In this document: in pieces, positions 10,882 to 23,974 of the stretch | Layout: every line of letters begins with the position of its first letter | Numbering within the stretch: the stretch's first letter is position 1 | Assembly (NCBI GenBank): GCA_951406725.2 | Contig: OX597839.1 | Coordinates: 18,290,001 to 18,354,000 of the forward strand | Direction: 5' to 3' | Length of the DNA stretch: 64,000 nucleotides | Origin: Octopus vulgaris | Lineage: Eukaryota | Position numbers and translations under genes: made by a program | Notes under the pieces: model-generated | What the model was told of the DNA's origin: nothing | The model's input: only the letters and a program-made list of their open reading frames with translations | The model's database searches: none

Positions 10882-12984
10882 TTTAACTCTTAAAAGTAGA
10901 TAGTTTTTATTCATTTTAATTAAAGAATTTGGAACCCACATATTCTTTTCCATGTGTATATACCTATGTATGTGTGTTTGTGTATGCTTATGTATACACA
11001 CACACATAAAAGCACTGGTGATGGTGCTATGTAAAAAGCACCCAGTACACTCTGTAAAGTAGTTGGCATTAGGAAGGACATCCAGCCATAGAAACCAAGT
11101 CAAAACGGATAATGGAACCTGATGCAGCCACCTGACCTTGCCAGTGTCTTTCAAGCCGTCCAACCCATGCCAGCACGGAAAACGGATGGTAAATGATGAT
11201 GGTAATTATTATCACAAATATTATTATCACAAGATGCCAAAGTGCATTAGTATCAAACCCTCTCAAGTTACGTATCGTAATTCTTTGAACCAACCATCAC
11301 GAAAGTTGATGCTGGTCAGGATATATATAAATATATATCGTGATCACGTGACCGACCAGACCATCAGATGTTTTACACATCTCTGGTCACAATGTGTTCG
11401 CATTGTTTTAGCTTTTGAATGACGCCACCCTGCTGGCTAAGTGAGCAGGCCAACAGAAGAGTGAGAGAAAGAGTGGTGAAAGAGTACAGCAGGGATCACC
11501 ACCTCCTGTGGAGCTTTTAGGTGTTTCCGCTCAATAAACACTCACAACGCCTGGTCTGGGAATCGAAACCGCGATCCTATGATCCTCCACATATATATAA
11601 ATATATATATATATACATATATAAACAAAACACACAGATACACACACACAAGAACACACATTACATATACAAGATGCCAAAGTGCATTAGAACCAACCAT
11701 CACAAAAGTTGACATTAGTCAGGAGACACACACACACTATACTATATATATATATATATATATATATATTGAATAAAAATAAACAGATCACTGGTAAAAG
11801 GGTGGAATAAATAGCTTGGCTGTCTTAACTGACCAAAGTATAGACCTTTGTTTATTATTTTTATCAGGTTGTAATAATATAAAGAAGATAATTGATGAAG
11901 AAGACCAATCGATAGTGGTTTTTATCCTCTGGGTGAGCTAGTTTGTTTTGAGCGAGTTAAATTTAGCAAGTTACTTGAGGTTTCTGTTTTGAATAGGAGT
12001 GAGAGAGTGTTGGAGTGAAGATGAGAGACAGGAAAACTGTGTTTGAGTGGATGTGATAAAGAGAGGGTGAAAGAGAGTGTACTGGAGTGAGGTTTAGAGG
12101 GGTGGTGGGAGAAAGTGTGTAAGAGAGGCAAACAGTGGGAGAGAGAGTTAAAAGAATGTATGTGTAATAGAAAGGATCGAGAAGAATGCGTGATAGAAAT
12201 GAAAGAAAGACAGAATGATGGATGAAACAGAGAAAGAGAGAGGAAGAAAGGAATAAGGAGAGAGAGAGAGAGAGAGAGAGAAAGGGGTGAAAAGAAAGGG
12301 CAAGTGAAGAAGAAAATGTGCAACAGAAATAGAATTTGAGCGAGGAGTAAGGGAAAGAAAGACAAAAATGAAGCATGAAAGAGAGAGGGAGATGTAGAAG
12401 GAAAGGGTAAAAGAAAATATGGGAGGAAGAGAGAGAAATCGAGAGAAAACAGATGAGAGAGAAAGAAGAAGGTTGCGTGAGAGAAAACGAGAAGAGACAG
12501 GTGGGAAGAAAAACATGAGAAAGAGAGAAAACTCAAGAGAGATGGGAAGAGACTACTCTGACCAGCTGCAAAAAACAGTATAAGCTTGATAAGTGCACAC
12601 ATTTCTGCCTCTCTTAGACAACAAAGACTTGTTCACATAGATTTTATGGCGATGACCTAGATTCAAGATCATTGACCTTTCCTTAAATAAGTTCTTTGGA
12701 CATCTTCCAATATGCATTCTGGGATAAACAAACGTTAATATAGAGAGAAAAGGGATCGTATTATAAATGGAAAGCAATAGAGACCTGTTGTAAAAAAAAA
12801 ATTATCCATCACTTAACATCTGTCTTTCATATTGATTTCAAATTTTTCAGTACAAGGCCAGCAATTTTGAAGGCAGGGATAAGTTGATTACATCAACTCT
12901 AATACTTAACTTCAAATGCCAACCTTGGCAGCATTTGAACTCAGAACGTAAAGACGGATGAAATGTTGCTAAGCATTTTGCCTG

Positions 12985-13576
12985 AAGTTCCAAGTGTTAT
13001 GCAAATAAAATTTCCTGCAACTGTCATGGTTTTAAGGGTTACTAACAATGAAGAACTTCTGATGCCTCCTTACTTCTTTCCACAGAGTTAACTCTGCCAC
13101 CTACATTGAGGTCCTGGAAACAATTGTTAAGCCCTGGATAGACAGTGTATGCAATGGAAGGCCATGTGTGTTTCAGTAAGACTCTACACTATCACACATG
13201 GCTCTAGTAACACAGGAATGAATGGCTGAAAATTTTCCTGATCACATAACCCCTAACGTTTGGCCTCCTAATTCCCCAGATCTCAATCCATTGGACTATT
13301 ACATGTGGAGCATTGTTGAGAGGTCAATGAACAAAGATTCTTTGAAAGCTGCCACAATCAGAGTAATGTCCAAAATGAACCAGGACCACTTGATTCAAGC
13401 ATGTAGTTGATTTCGATCTCATATAGAAGCAGTTGTTGAAGCTGGAGGTGGCTTTACTGAATAACATAAAAAAGGTTTATTTTTATCCTCATAGCATTTT
13501 TTGATACATAAAGTACTTATCTGTTATTATATGTTTTTTATAAAAATCATTGTCCCCAAATATCTTATGCACCCTC
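12985..13576 (+). pseudogene. Tc1/mariner (maT/DD37D-like) transposase remnant with right end
   Basis: MPPYFF...YIEVLETIVKPW...VFQ*DS...WPPNSPDLNPLDYYMW; ends atgcaccct. Confidence 0.75.
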
Positions 13577-13594
13577 TCCCTCTCTCCCTCTCTT

Positions 13595-13629
<35 letters not shown>

Positions 13630-13897
13630 CATCATCATCATCATCATCATTGTTTAACGTCTGCTTAAACGATGATGATGATGATATATATATGTATGTA
13701 TATATTCTTTTATTCCTTTACTTGTTTCAGTCATCTGACTGTGGCCATGCTGGAGCACCACTTTTAGTTGAACGAATTGACCCACAGGACTTTTCTTTGT
13801 AAGCTTAGTACTTATTCTATTGGTGTCTGTGGCCGAACTGCTAAGTTACAGGGATATAAACACACCAATATCGGTTGTCAATTGCTGGTGGGAGGAA

Positions 13898-13944
<47 letters not shown>

Positions 13945-14239
13945 GGGCATGGGAGTGGCTGTGTGGTAAGAAGCTTGCTTACCAACCACATGGTCCGGGT
14001 TCAGTCCCACTGCATGGCACCTTGGGCAAGTGTCTCCTACTATAGCCATGAGGTGATGAAAGCCTTGTGAGCGGATTACCACACTATCCCAACGTGTGGT
14101 AAGCATGTGACCGAGGACCATATGTGAACTCCGAACTTAACTACTTGTTGGTTGGAGCAATCTCAATCCACCCAGGGTAGATGCCGACGCAAGTACAAGT
14201 ATTCATATATATATATATGGCATTCTTTTGATATAAATA

Positions 14240-14690
14240 TTTTATCCGTCACCCCGTCCCAGCTGTTTTAAAGGCGTGTAATATGGCATTTTTCTTCATA
14301 TATATTACGAGCAAAACGCCCCCCACCTCCGTCCAGTGGACGGTGCTGAGTTGTCAAACATTTAAACCAAATTTTCTCAAAACAACTTGTCCGACCGTCC
14401 CATTTAGTGGCATTATTTCAAGCCAGCCGGCTTTTTTTGGTGCAAACAGCACGTGCATTTTTCTCGCGTATGCGTAGTAGCGATCGCAACAGCTGATGTA
14501 CTTGCGCGTACAAATGCACGTTCCCACGGCTTTATCGCCTGGAATCGATTTTTGTAATTTTTTCAAGACTTATACACGCCCTGATACCGTCGGCATCTAC
14601 ATATCAAATTTGAGCGCAATCGGGTGGAGGATGCCCGAGATCCTAGAAGACACACACAGAGACAGACAGAACGGATTTTATATAATGGAT
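14240..14690 (-). mobile_element. Helitron-like non-autonomous element in XBP1 intron 1
   Basis: Minus strand starts TCCATTATATAAAATCCGTTCTGTCTGTC with a CpG-rich body. A fragment recurs inverted at about 55805-55910. Confidence 0.45.
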
Positions 14691-15882
14691 ATACATTCAG
14701 ATGAGCGTAGTCAGGCAATGATTTTCACACAGTATATACTACAAACTAGCCAAGCCTACATTATGCGTGTGCATGTGTGTGTGTTGGTTTATAAAACTGG
14801 ATAAGTTGTTTACTACGCGATCTTATCAATTTCTCGAAATGCTTATCACAAACACGCATGAAGAGGCCAAAGCTGGATCGATATGAAGTAAAAACAAAAA
14901 AAAAAAAAAAGTGGTGGGTAGAAATGCCATATGGTGTACTTAAGATAAACAGAAGATACACAAGAGTACTGTGGAGTTTATCGTCATAGGCTGACATTGA
15001 AGGACTTCCCATGTCGCAGCAGTCACACAAGTAGCTGGTCGTAAGAATGAATCCTTTCAAATGCCAGGCATTTTATCCAATTTTTGCTATACTATCACAC
15101 TTTCTTTCTCTCTCCCTATATATATATATTTCTTTACTATCCACAAGGGGCTACACACAGAGGGGACAAACAAGGACAGACAAACGGATTGAGTCGATTA
15201 CATCGACCCCAGCGCGTAACTGGTACTTAATTTATCGACCCCGAAAGGATGAAAGGCAAAGTCGACCTCAGCGGAATTTGAACCCAGAACGTAACGGCAG
15301 ACGAACACACACATATACCAAGAGAGAAAAGGAGAATTATAAAGAGTTATTAGTGAGGGTTTATCAATCAGGGCAAAATACTGAATAAACTCTCTGGGAA
15401 AGATTTCCGCCCGTCCCCCATTTTCTCCCAAATTTGTTTATTTTTGTAAATTTTTTGGCCAAAAACCCCCGTTTTCGGATACGGAGGTTCGGGAAAATTG
15501 CCAAAAATCGGCATTGTGAAAATTCCCCACCACCAACTTCCTCAATTTTGACTTTTTTCCCCAACACTAACCCTAACTCTAAATCTGTTAGTACACCAGC
15601 CAAACAATTTTCTTTAGATTAGCTGAAGAACCCCACGTATTTCTGTAGCAAGGTCCGAGGTTTATAGTTCATCACCATTCTTGCGTTGTTATAACCAGAA
15701 ATGGCTCACACAAAAGTAGCATTAATTGTTCTATGTCGTTCAATTTTTTTTCTAACAGATCAATGGGTCGATTGAATAAACCTATTAACAACGAACCTAT
15801 GACTATTGGAAACAGCTGTAGCTCAAATTAAACTAGAAAAAAAAAGTATAACGACCATTATACACACACACACACAAACATG

Positions 15883-15898
15883 TAGGTAGGTAGGTAGG

Positions 15899-15933
<35 letters not shown>

Positions 15934-16000
15934 ATAGAAGGATAGATAGATAGATAGAAGGATAGATAGATAGATAGAAGGATAGATAGATAGATAGAAG

Positions 16001-16042
<42 letters not shown>

Positions 16043-16044
16043 AG

Positions 16045-16082
<38 letters not shown>

Positions 16083-16104
16083 AGGATAGATAGATAGATA
16101 GAAG

Positions 16105-16150
<46 letters not shown>

Positions 16151-16219
16151 AGATAGATAGATAGATAGATAGATAGAAGGATAGATAGATAGATAGAAGG
16201 ATAGATAGATAGATAGAAG

Positions 16220-16301
<82 letters not shown>

Positions 16302-16323
16302 AGGATAGATAGATAGATAGAAG

Positions 16324-16395
<72 letters not shown>

Positions 16396-16422
16396 TATAG
16401 ATAGATAGACAGATAGTGATAG
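15883..16422. repeat. (TAGA)n microsatellite with GAAG interruptions
   Basis: Direct reading. Confidence 0.95.
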
Positions 16423-16666
16423 ATAATTTAACGTCCGTTTTCCATTGTATAAGCACATAATTACACCAACTCTAAAAAATTCTCATAAAAAATAAATTTA
16501 ATAAAGTAATGAAAAATAGGAGACACTGTGACGGCACCTGATATATAATATAGCCATGTTATGTAATATATCACATAATAAGATGTAGAAGGTAGATCTC
16601 TTGAGCACCACCAGCAAAAATATTTTTTTCCTCTGTCTTCCCTTTTTGGGATCTTTCCTTCTCCTT

Positions 16667-16701
16667 GTTTCCGACGAAGAGCTTCGCTCGAAACGTTAAA
16701 C
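16667..16701 (+). ncRNA. Minimal hammerhead-like motif within XBP1 intron 1 (antisense to the gene)
   Basis: GTTT-CCGACGA-A-GAGC-ttc-GCTC-GAAA-CG-TT-AAAC, with a U4-to-C deviation in the core. A related decayed copy is at 33695-33725. Confidence 0.45.
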
Positions 16702-18165
16702 CCTCCTTCCCTTCTTTCCTGAGCGTCAAATAATACTTTAATTGTTCCACGTCCTCGCGTTGGTGTGTTTTTTTCTGTGTTTTCTTGTTTGGATTAACTT
16801 TATATATATATATATATATATATATAACCGTCATTTGCGAACAGGTTTTACAGAATGGAGAATATAAAACGTGTGTGTGAGAGAGAGAGGGGGGGTTGGG
16901 TGAGAAAGAGAGTGAATGACTGAGAAAGAGAGAGAGAGAGTGTGTGTGTGTGTGTTAAGAATGTTGGTTAATTGTCTCAAGGCTGCCGTCTGTTTTCCTA
17001 ATCTTTTGTAAAACTTGCAGTCCTGTCTGTCAGGTTGGCCTGGAAATTTTGCTGTCCTAAATGCTTTTAGTTTCATTTCAGACATTCCAGTCAACCCCTT
17101 TATTGTTATTCCCCCACCCCGGTATATTATTTCCAGGACAGATCCCAATTTAGCCATTTGTTATTTAAAAGACAGAAATAATGTGATTTGACGATTTGGT
17201 TACTATTTCTAGCAAGACAAGCGACCACATCAAAGTTCCCTAATTGGTTCGTTTCGTGCCTGGTACAAATGTATGAAACGGGAATATTGCCAGACTGCTA
17301 AAATTTTGTAATGGTTGTGGTGGTGGTGGTGATGGGGTAGTAGAAGTAGTAATAGCAGTCGTAGGGATAATAGAAATGGTGAGGCTGGTGATGGGGTGGG
17401 CGATAGAAGCGATGGTGGCGAGGAATAGCAGAAGTAGAGGTGGTGGTGGTGGGGGATAGTAGAAATGGTGGTGGTGCAAGGAACAGTAGTGACGGTTCTG
17501 GCGGCGATGGTGGGGAATAGTAGTCGTGACGGTGATGGTAGTGAGAGGGGGGAATAGTAATAGTCGTGATGAAGGCGGTGGTGGTTGACGGCGGCGGTAG
17601 TTGTGCTTGGTGCAAGTTTGTACTTTATCGGTGCTAATAAAGCGACATGACGAAGACACCAACACCACAGTATTTCACACCAACTAACCCAACAGCGAGC
17701 ATCATTATAGTGACACTATATGCTGTAGTAGTAGTAGTGGTGGGGGTTTAACCCGACAGGTTAGCCCTGCTCTTCCACTAGTCTGTAGTAGTAACCGAAC
17801 AGGTTAGCTCCGTAAGCATGTACCGACACACCTATACAAGTGTGTGTGTCCCGACTTTAATAACGACAAAAATTCATTTGAAGTAAGTACTGTGGCGAAT
17901 AAGTGACATAAAGGCCTTCACATATACAATTTTGTAAAGTGGGCGTTGACGGCTACGAGAGAGCATTATCGGACACAGACAGCTGGAGGAGATGTCTTCC
18001 TGGGGCTATAACCAACAATAGCATCGTCCCCTATGGGTCCGTCACATTTAGGGGGCAAATACACTTCACGATTCCGTGCTGCTACTGTTTACGTCTCGCC
18101 CAGAGATTTATTATAAATATATTTATTTATATATATATATAAATATATATATATACATGGCTATG

Positions 18166-18211
<46 letters not shown>

Positions 18212-18226
18212 ATATATATATATAGG

Positions 18227-18263
<37 letters not shown>

Positions 18264-20399
18264 ATGTGTATATATATATATAAATAGATTAAGTATGTGT
18301 ATGATATATGTATTCACAGAGAGAGACAGGGGGGGGGGGGGCTATTCTATATCCGTTTCAAACAACGGCTGAAATTCAAAACCTCAGCTTCGAGTGATCA
18401 TCAAATCCGTGATCTACATGCAAACATGTGTCGGTGCATGAACAAGTGTGTGTGTGTGTGCGTGCATGTATGTATGTGTGTGTGCATTCTCCGGATACGT
18501 GTATAATTAATATATCTATATTCCGAATAATACATACACATTTATGTATGTGCCTTATACCACCATTTAACTGGTGATTCATAATACGTATATATAATGT
18601 GAGTGTTCACACGCATACATGTAGGGGAGTGAGTGTACACATGTGTTTTGTGTGAGTAACCCATTTCCTAACATCATACAAGATCAGGAAGTCACATCTG
18701 TTCAGCTGCGTCAAAAAAGCAGTCTCCACCATTTTATAACCAAACAGCTCTGTATGAGGAAAAAGGCCACGATGTTGAACAGCTGGGGGCGTGTAGCAAC
18801 GTCAGGCAAAAGATTCTTGGCATATTTCGTGATCCACCATCATTAGTTGGTTCACTCTGGTAAAAATGTAACGATCAATGGTGATTACGCTTATTTAAAA
18901 CTATATTTGTGGACGATAGGTTAAAGTTGGAGTAAAAAAAAAAAGGCAAATCTTAATATAACAATACAGTAATAGCATCGTGAATAAAGACACAAGGAGA
19001 GACATTGGTGGTTCGTGTAGGGGGTTGACTTGGCCATGAAGAAGACTAGGGACTAAAGATTAAATGGTTCATCAATTGATTAATGAATCAATTTTAATAT
19101 TTGTGTATGTATGTATATATATTAGTTCACATTGGTAAAATGTAACGATTAATCTTATTTAAAAAATCATTTGGGGACGACAGGTTTATGATGAAATAAG
19201 AAGGTGAATTTTTCTATAATACGGTAGTAATATCATAAGTATAGACAACCAAACGGCGACACATCCGTGGTTCGTGTAGGGGGTTGACTTGGCCATGAAG
19301 AAAACTAAGGACTAAAGATTAAATGGTTCATCGAATGATTAATGAATCAATTTTAATATTTGTGTATGTATGTATCAAATTTCGATGAAATGATGTTTAT
19401 CAAACTCTACTTTTTATTCATTTTAAACATTTTACAATTTAAATTTCAGTTGCCGAGGCAATGATGGATAATTTATAATATAAATGATATTTATATCGAA
19501 AGAATATCAAAGTCCATTATTGAAACGTTCTGCTATAATAGTTATTTAAATTCTTGTGTGTGTACGTGTATTAAAGTATATTACATTATTGATCCATTAC
19601 AGGTGAATATTTATATATATATATATATATACACAAACCATAAGGGTGACACAGAATTGACAAGGGAATAAATAAAATATTTTGTTGATACAGGATTAAA
19701 GAATTTCTTAACTTATTTATCAATTTGGTTAATATTTTCTAACAACATATTGTATGATAACGAAAATGATGATGACGATGATGATGATTCCAAACATGTA
19801 ACATAGCTACACCCAAATAAATACTTTGTTGTAACTGTGGGAAGTGGACCGAGTATTTTATAAATCTAAGAGAGGTGGTCGTCCTTGAAATAGTTAATGT
19901 GGCTGTATAAGAACCATCAAGGCTTTCAACGTGTCAAAAAAATAATGTCTCTCCTTCGTCACACAAACAAGATGTTTAAAAGATGAAATATGGACAAGTC
20001 TTCCCTGCGACACACACACACAAGATCAGATGTTCCTCTTTGGAGAATGAAATAGGAACTTAAACTGCGTAAATGCCTATTCCACTAACTAGGACTTCTA
20101 GGAATATCTTTCACTCACATTTTCACCCTCATATGTGTGTGTGTGTACACACCCACACATTATTATGTGATCGGAATGGAAGGATCTCCAGAATAATTAA
20201 AGGCATTTGCTCGTCACATATGGATCCTTTTGAAATATAACAGAACATACGGAGTTATTGGTTACATGTGGTAATCAATAAACCACATATCACATAAGTT
20301 TAGTGATCGATCGATCGATGATGATAGATAGATAGATAGAGAGATTGCATCATCCCTTAAAAATTAATAAAAGCCAAGACGTAAAATATTAATTTTTAC

Positions 20400-20851
20400 C
20401 TCCGTTGTATCTTCTCTTCAGGACTCAGATGTGTTAGCCTTCGTCTTTTACGAGGTGCTCCGTCACTGCCGATCGAACTGGCGTCCTCATCGTCTGCAAC
20501 AGTGGTAGATGTTAACCGGAATACGTTCATATTTTCGCTATGTGGACCCAGGACGATTTTCTTGTCTGTCTGCTGTTGCAGTTGTGTTTGTGATTGTACT
20601 TGTTGCTGTTGTTGTTTAGGCGATAGCAGGCTTGTGGTGAATAGGCCGGTCACGTTCGACTGTATTTTACAAACGTTAGGGGCTGTTTTCAGTATGGGTT
20701 TCACAGTGATCACAGATGTTGCAGGTCTGTGTTGGGCGATACCATTCGTGGCTGATGTTGCCACTATGGCAGCACGTCGAACAGTACTGCTGCCCCCGTT
20801 GGTCGTTATAATTAACGTATCGGGTTTCTGAAACTCGGCTATAGCTGTCAT
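20400..20851 (-). CDS. XBP1: X-box binding protein 1, coding exon 1 (N-terminus to start of the bZIP basic region)
   Basis: ATG at 20851 with A at -3 (the ORF-track start at 20902 is a TTG). Reads MTAIAEFQKP...GAPRKRRRLTHLSPEEKIQR(R), matching XBP1 RKRQRLTHLSPEEKALRR. Phase-2 donor AG|GTAAAA at 20400/20399. Confidence 0.95.
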
Positions 20852-20985
20852 CTTTGTTGATATAAGACAACCAGTAAAAGATGATTTATATAAATAAATC
20901 AACTAGCATGTATATTAATCTTTAAACACTCTTTCCAGTCTAGTATGATGTTGATCTGATGTTACTTAATCTGCTTCTTGGAGTA

Positions 20986-21072
20986 AACTGAAAACTAATA
21001 AAAATAACGTAAACAAGAAGAGGAAACAGTGGTGAACAAAACGATTTGATTGGTTGCTCGGTATTGACGTCA
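20986..21072 (-). promoter_or_regulatory. Putative XBP1 core promoter: CRE palindrome, CCAAT box, Inr-like TCAGTT
   Basis: TGACGTCA at 21065-21072, CCAAT on minus at 21049-21053, TCAGTT on minus at 20986-20991, about 135 nt upstream of the ATG. The TCAG could instead be a splice acceptor. Confidence 0.5.
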
Positions 21073-21568
21073 TGTCATGAACAAAACACGGTTAACACTG
21101 TTAGGTATGGAACATGCGAAGTACAATATTATTTGGTAACCTAATTGAAAGATGATTCTCTTTCAAGTTTGAATAGTAAATAAATGTAATTTGTTGGCGT
21201 ACTCAAGCAACGTTTGTAATCGTGGTTATTGATTGCTTCAGTGTTATTATATGTAGTTTATAGAGATAAGAGAACAAAAGGACAAGATGTGAAACTAATA
21301 TATCATTGCTGACGTCCAATGATTGATCGTCTGTTGTGTCTACTGGAGGTGTGGGATCAAATCCCACGGGTAGCCTTCGACTTTTTCTATCCAAAAGTAT
21401 ATTATCTACAGCTTTATGTACTTCGAGATTAACAGTTCCAAAAAAAAAAGAAAGAAAGAAAAAGAAACAAAGAATTAATACTTCATTATTTCTGAGTAAG
21501 TATAAAGTTACAAAAATGGCTCGTGGGACCAGAGTTTCATACATGGACACTGAGACACTGAACAGAAT

Positions 21569-21679
<111 letters not shown>

Positions 21680-23974
21680 ATGTATGTATGTATGTATGTA
21701 TGTAACTTTTTAACACGAATTGTTACTGCATCAACAAGGAGATGAAAGGAAATTTGGATGAATAGATGAGAAAAATCGTTGTTTTCAACGAATCATATGA
21801 TCTTCTAACAATAATGTTAGAAGATCATACTGGACACAACTGTTCAATGAAGAACGATAGTACGACAAGTCATGTAGGGACTTGATTAGACAAGTTCTGT
21901 ATATATATTATGTGATAGAGAGAGAGAAGGAGGGAGAGAAAGGGATAAGTGAATGAAGACGAGTTTTAACTGACTCAGTGTAGTCCTTAAATAATTAGGA
22001 GTTTAAATCATCCGTGTTGCAGACACTTGGTGAGTATTTGGTGAGTCTGGTTGTCGACATCTGCTAATATCGGTTTCAAAATTTTGGCACAAGACCAACA
22101 AATCAAGGAAGAGGGGAGGTAAGTCGATTACATCGACACCAGTGCTCAACTGTAGAGGCACATGGTTTAGTGATTAGGGTGTTGGACTCATGAGTTCTAG
22201 ATTATGGTTTCGATTCCTGGACCAGGCGACGCATTGTGTTCTTGAGCAAAACACTTCCTTTCATGTTGCTCCAGTCCACTCAGCTGGCAAAAGTGAGTAA
22301 TCCTGCAACGAGTGGCGTCTTGTCCAAGTAGGGAAAATATACGCCATGAAAACTCGGCCCTTATAAATCAGCATGACTCGAGAAAGAAACTTTACCTTTA
22401 AGTGCTCAACCGGTTCTTATTTTATTGACTACAAAACGATGAAAGAGAAACCTGAGGTCGACATTGCCTTTCCTCCTTTCAGGGTCGATGAAATAATTAC
22501 CAGTTGAGCATAGGGGTCGAAGTAATCAACTTACCCCTCCCCTGAAAATTCTGGCGTTGTGCCAAAATTTGAAACCAATATCAGATAGTGGAAGCGGCTT
22601 GCTAGCAGAATCATAAGCATACCGGACATAATGATTAGCCCCATTTCTTCTGGCTTTACATTCCGAGTTCTGAAACAGGCTTTGCCTTGAAATAAATATT
22701 GCTTAAACACTAGGGTCAATGCAATCAACTAGCTCCCTCCACTTTTCAAATCCTGGCAGCAACACAGAAGCTATAAACAGGATAATAATCTAATTCTACT
22801 CTTTATCACATTCAAGAATATAAACACGTTTTTAAGCACAACACACGCAGAGTCAAAAAGAAACACTACCTTTCACCAGCACTGCGTGGACCATAGTGCT
22901 CTCTCTCCCTAGCGTGAAGCTTCCTATCTCGAACATGTGAGCATGCCAAACACCACGTCACTGAAACTGTGAAGCGCACAGTTCTATACAAAGACTTTTG
23001 TATTTTTTTTCATAAACTTGAGGATGGCTACTGACATTATGCTTAAGGATTATATAATGTACAAGTATAAAGAAAGAATTAAAGAAAAAAGGACCCATTA
23101 TGTTGAATGTTATTGATAATATCGAGTGGAAATAGGGGTGGTGTAGTTCCGCAGTGTCTATACACGAGCCGCCACTGCTGTTGCACATTGTTGAAGCTTG
23201 GAAAAGAGAACCATGAAGGAAATGGCTAGGTAGACAACACATTAATGTAGCACCCATTTTTTTCTTTTTGTGGAAGGGACGCATTCCACTGGTTAGGCAG
23301 CTCATCTGCTGCCAGTAGCTTCTATATGGCAAGTTAGGGACACCCTGGGGGCACAGGCATTAGCTAAGGATCCTTCTGTGATTTAGGGAGGATTTTTGAA
23401 AAACAAGGGGGAATTCGCAGCGGTGTTCAGTGAACAAATTAAACACACAACCCAGCAATGACAAAAACGCGAGCCGATCGAGTTTATGTATAAATATTCC
23501 TTTTATATGTTTTTTTCCTGTTACACAATATTAAAACCACGGCTAAAAATTTTTCTGAAGCAGCACCCCAACGAATTTTATCTACAAGTCGCCATTGTGC
23601 AGCAGTATTTGTATCCACATTTTTCTTTTCCAGGTAGCTCATGTTTTAAACCAACGTAGTAAATCTTTTCTTACTATTCTGATAACCAGTAAACCTGTGA
23701 TAATTTACGGACATATATGCACAGTTTTTCTATCAATAAAATTTATTTGTACGTTCACGAATTTGCTTATTTTATGTTAGACGCCACCAGCTTGATCAGA
23801 CATTCAATTGAAGGACACAGAATCATTCTTTGTAACGATCTGCCTCGCAAAGATGGTCTTCAGTTAACACACAAAAATGCAAGTTCACGACAAAGGCATG
23901 ATGGTCATATGGTAAACAATAACAGGCAATGTAGGCATTCGTTACTACCACCTGCCCTTTCAGGAACACCTTCC

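Noticed and set aside
11922-12602. 226-aa Leu/Ser/Phe-rich ORF
   Set aside because: Produced by a GA-rich low-complexity tract. At most a decayed retroelement piece at its edge.
15823-16458. Long YLSI-repeat ORFs (also the YI, HT, VC and poly-His ORFs elsewhere)
   Set aside because: Translations of microsatellites.
20852-20902. ORF-track N-terminal extension MIYLYKSSFTGCLISTK of XBP1
   Set aside because: It starts at TTG. The first in-frame ATG with good context is at 20851.
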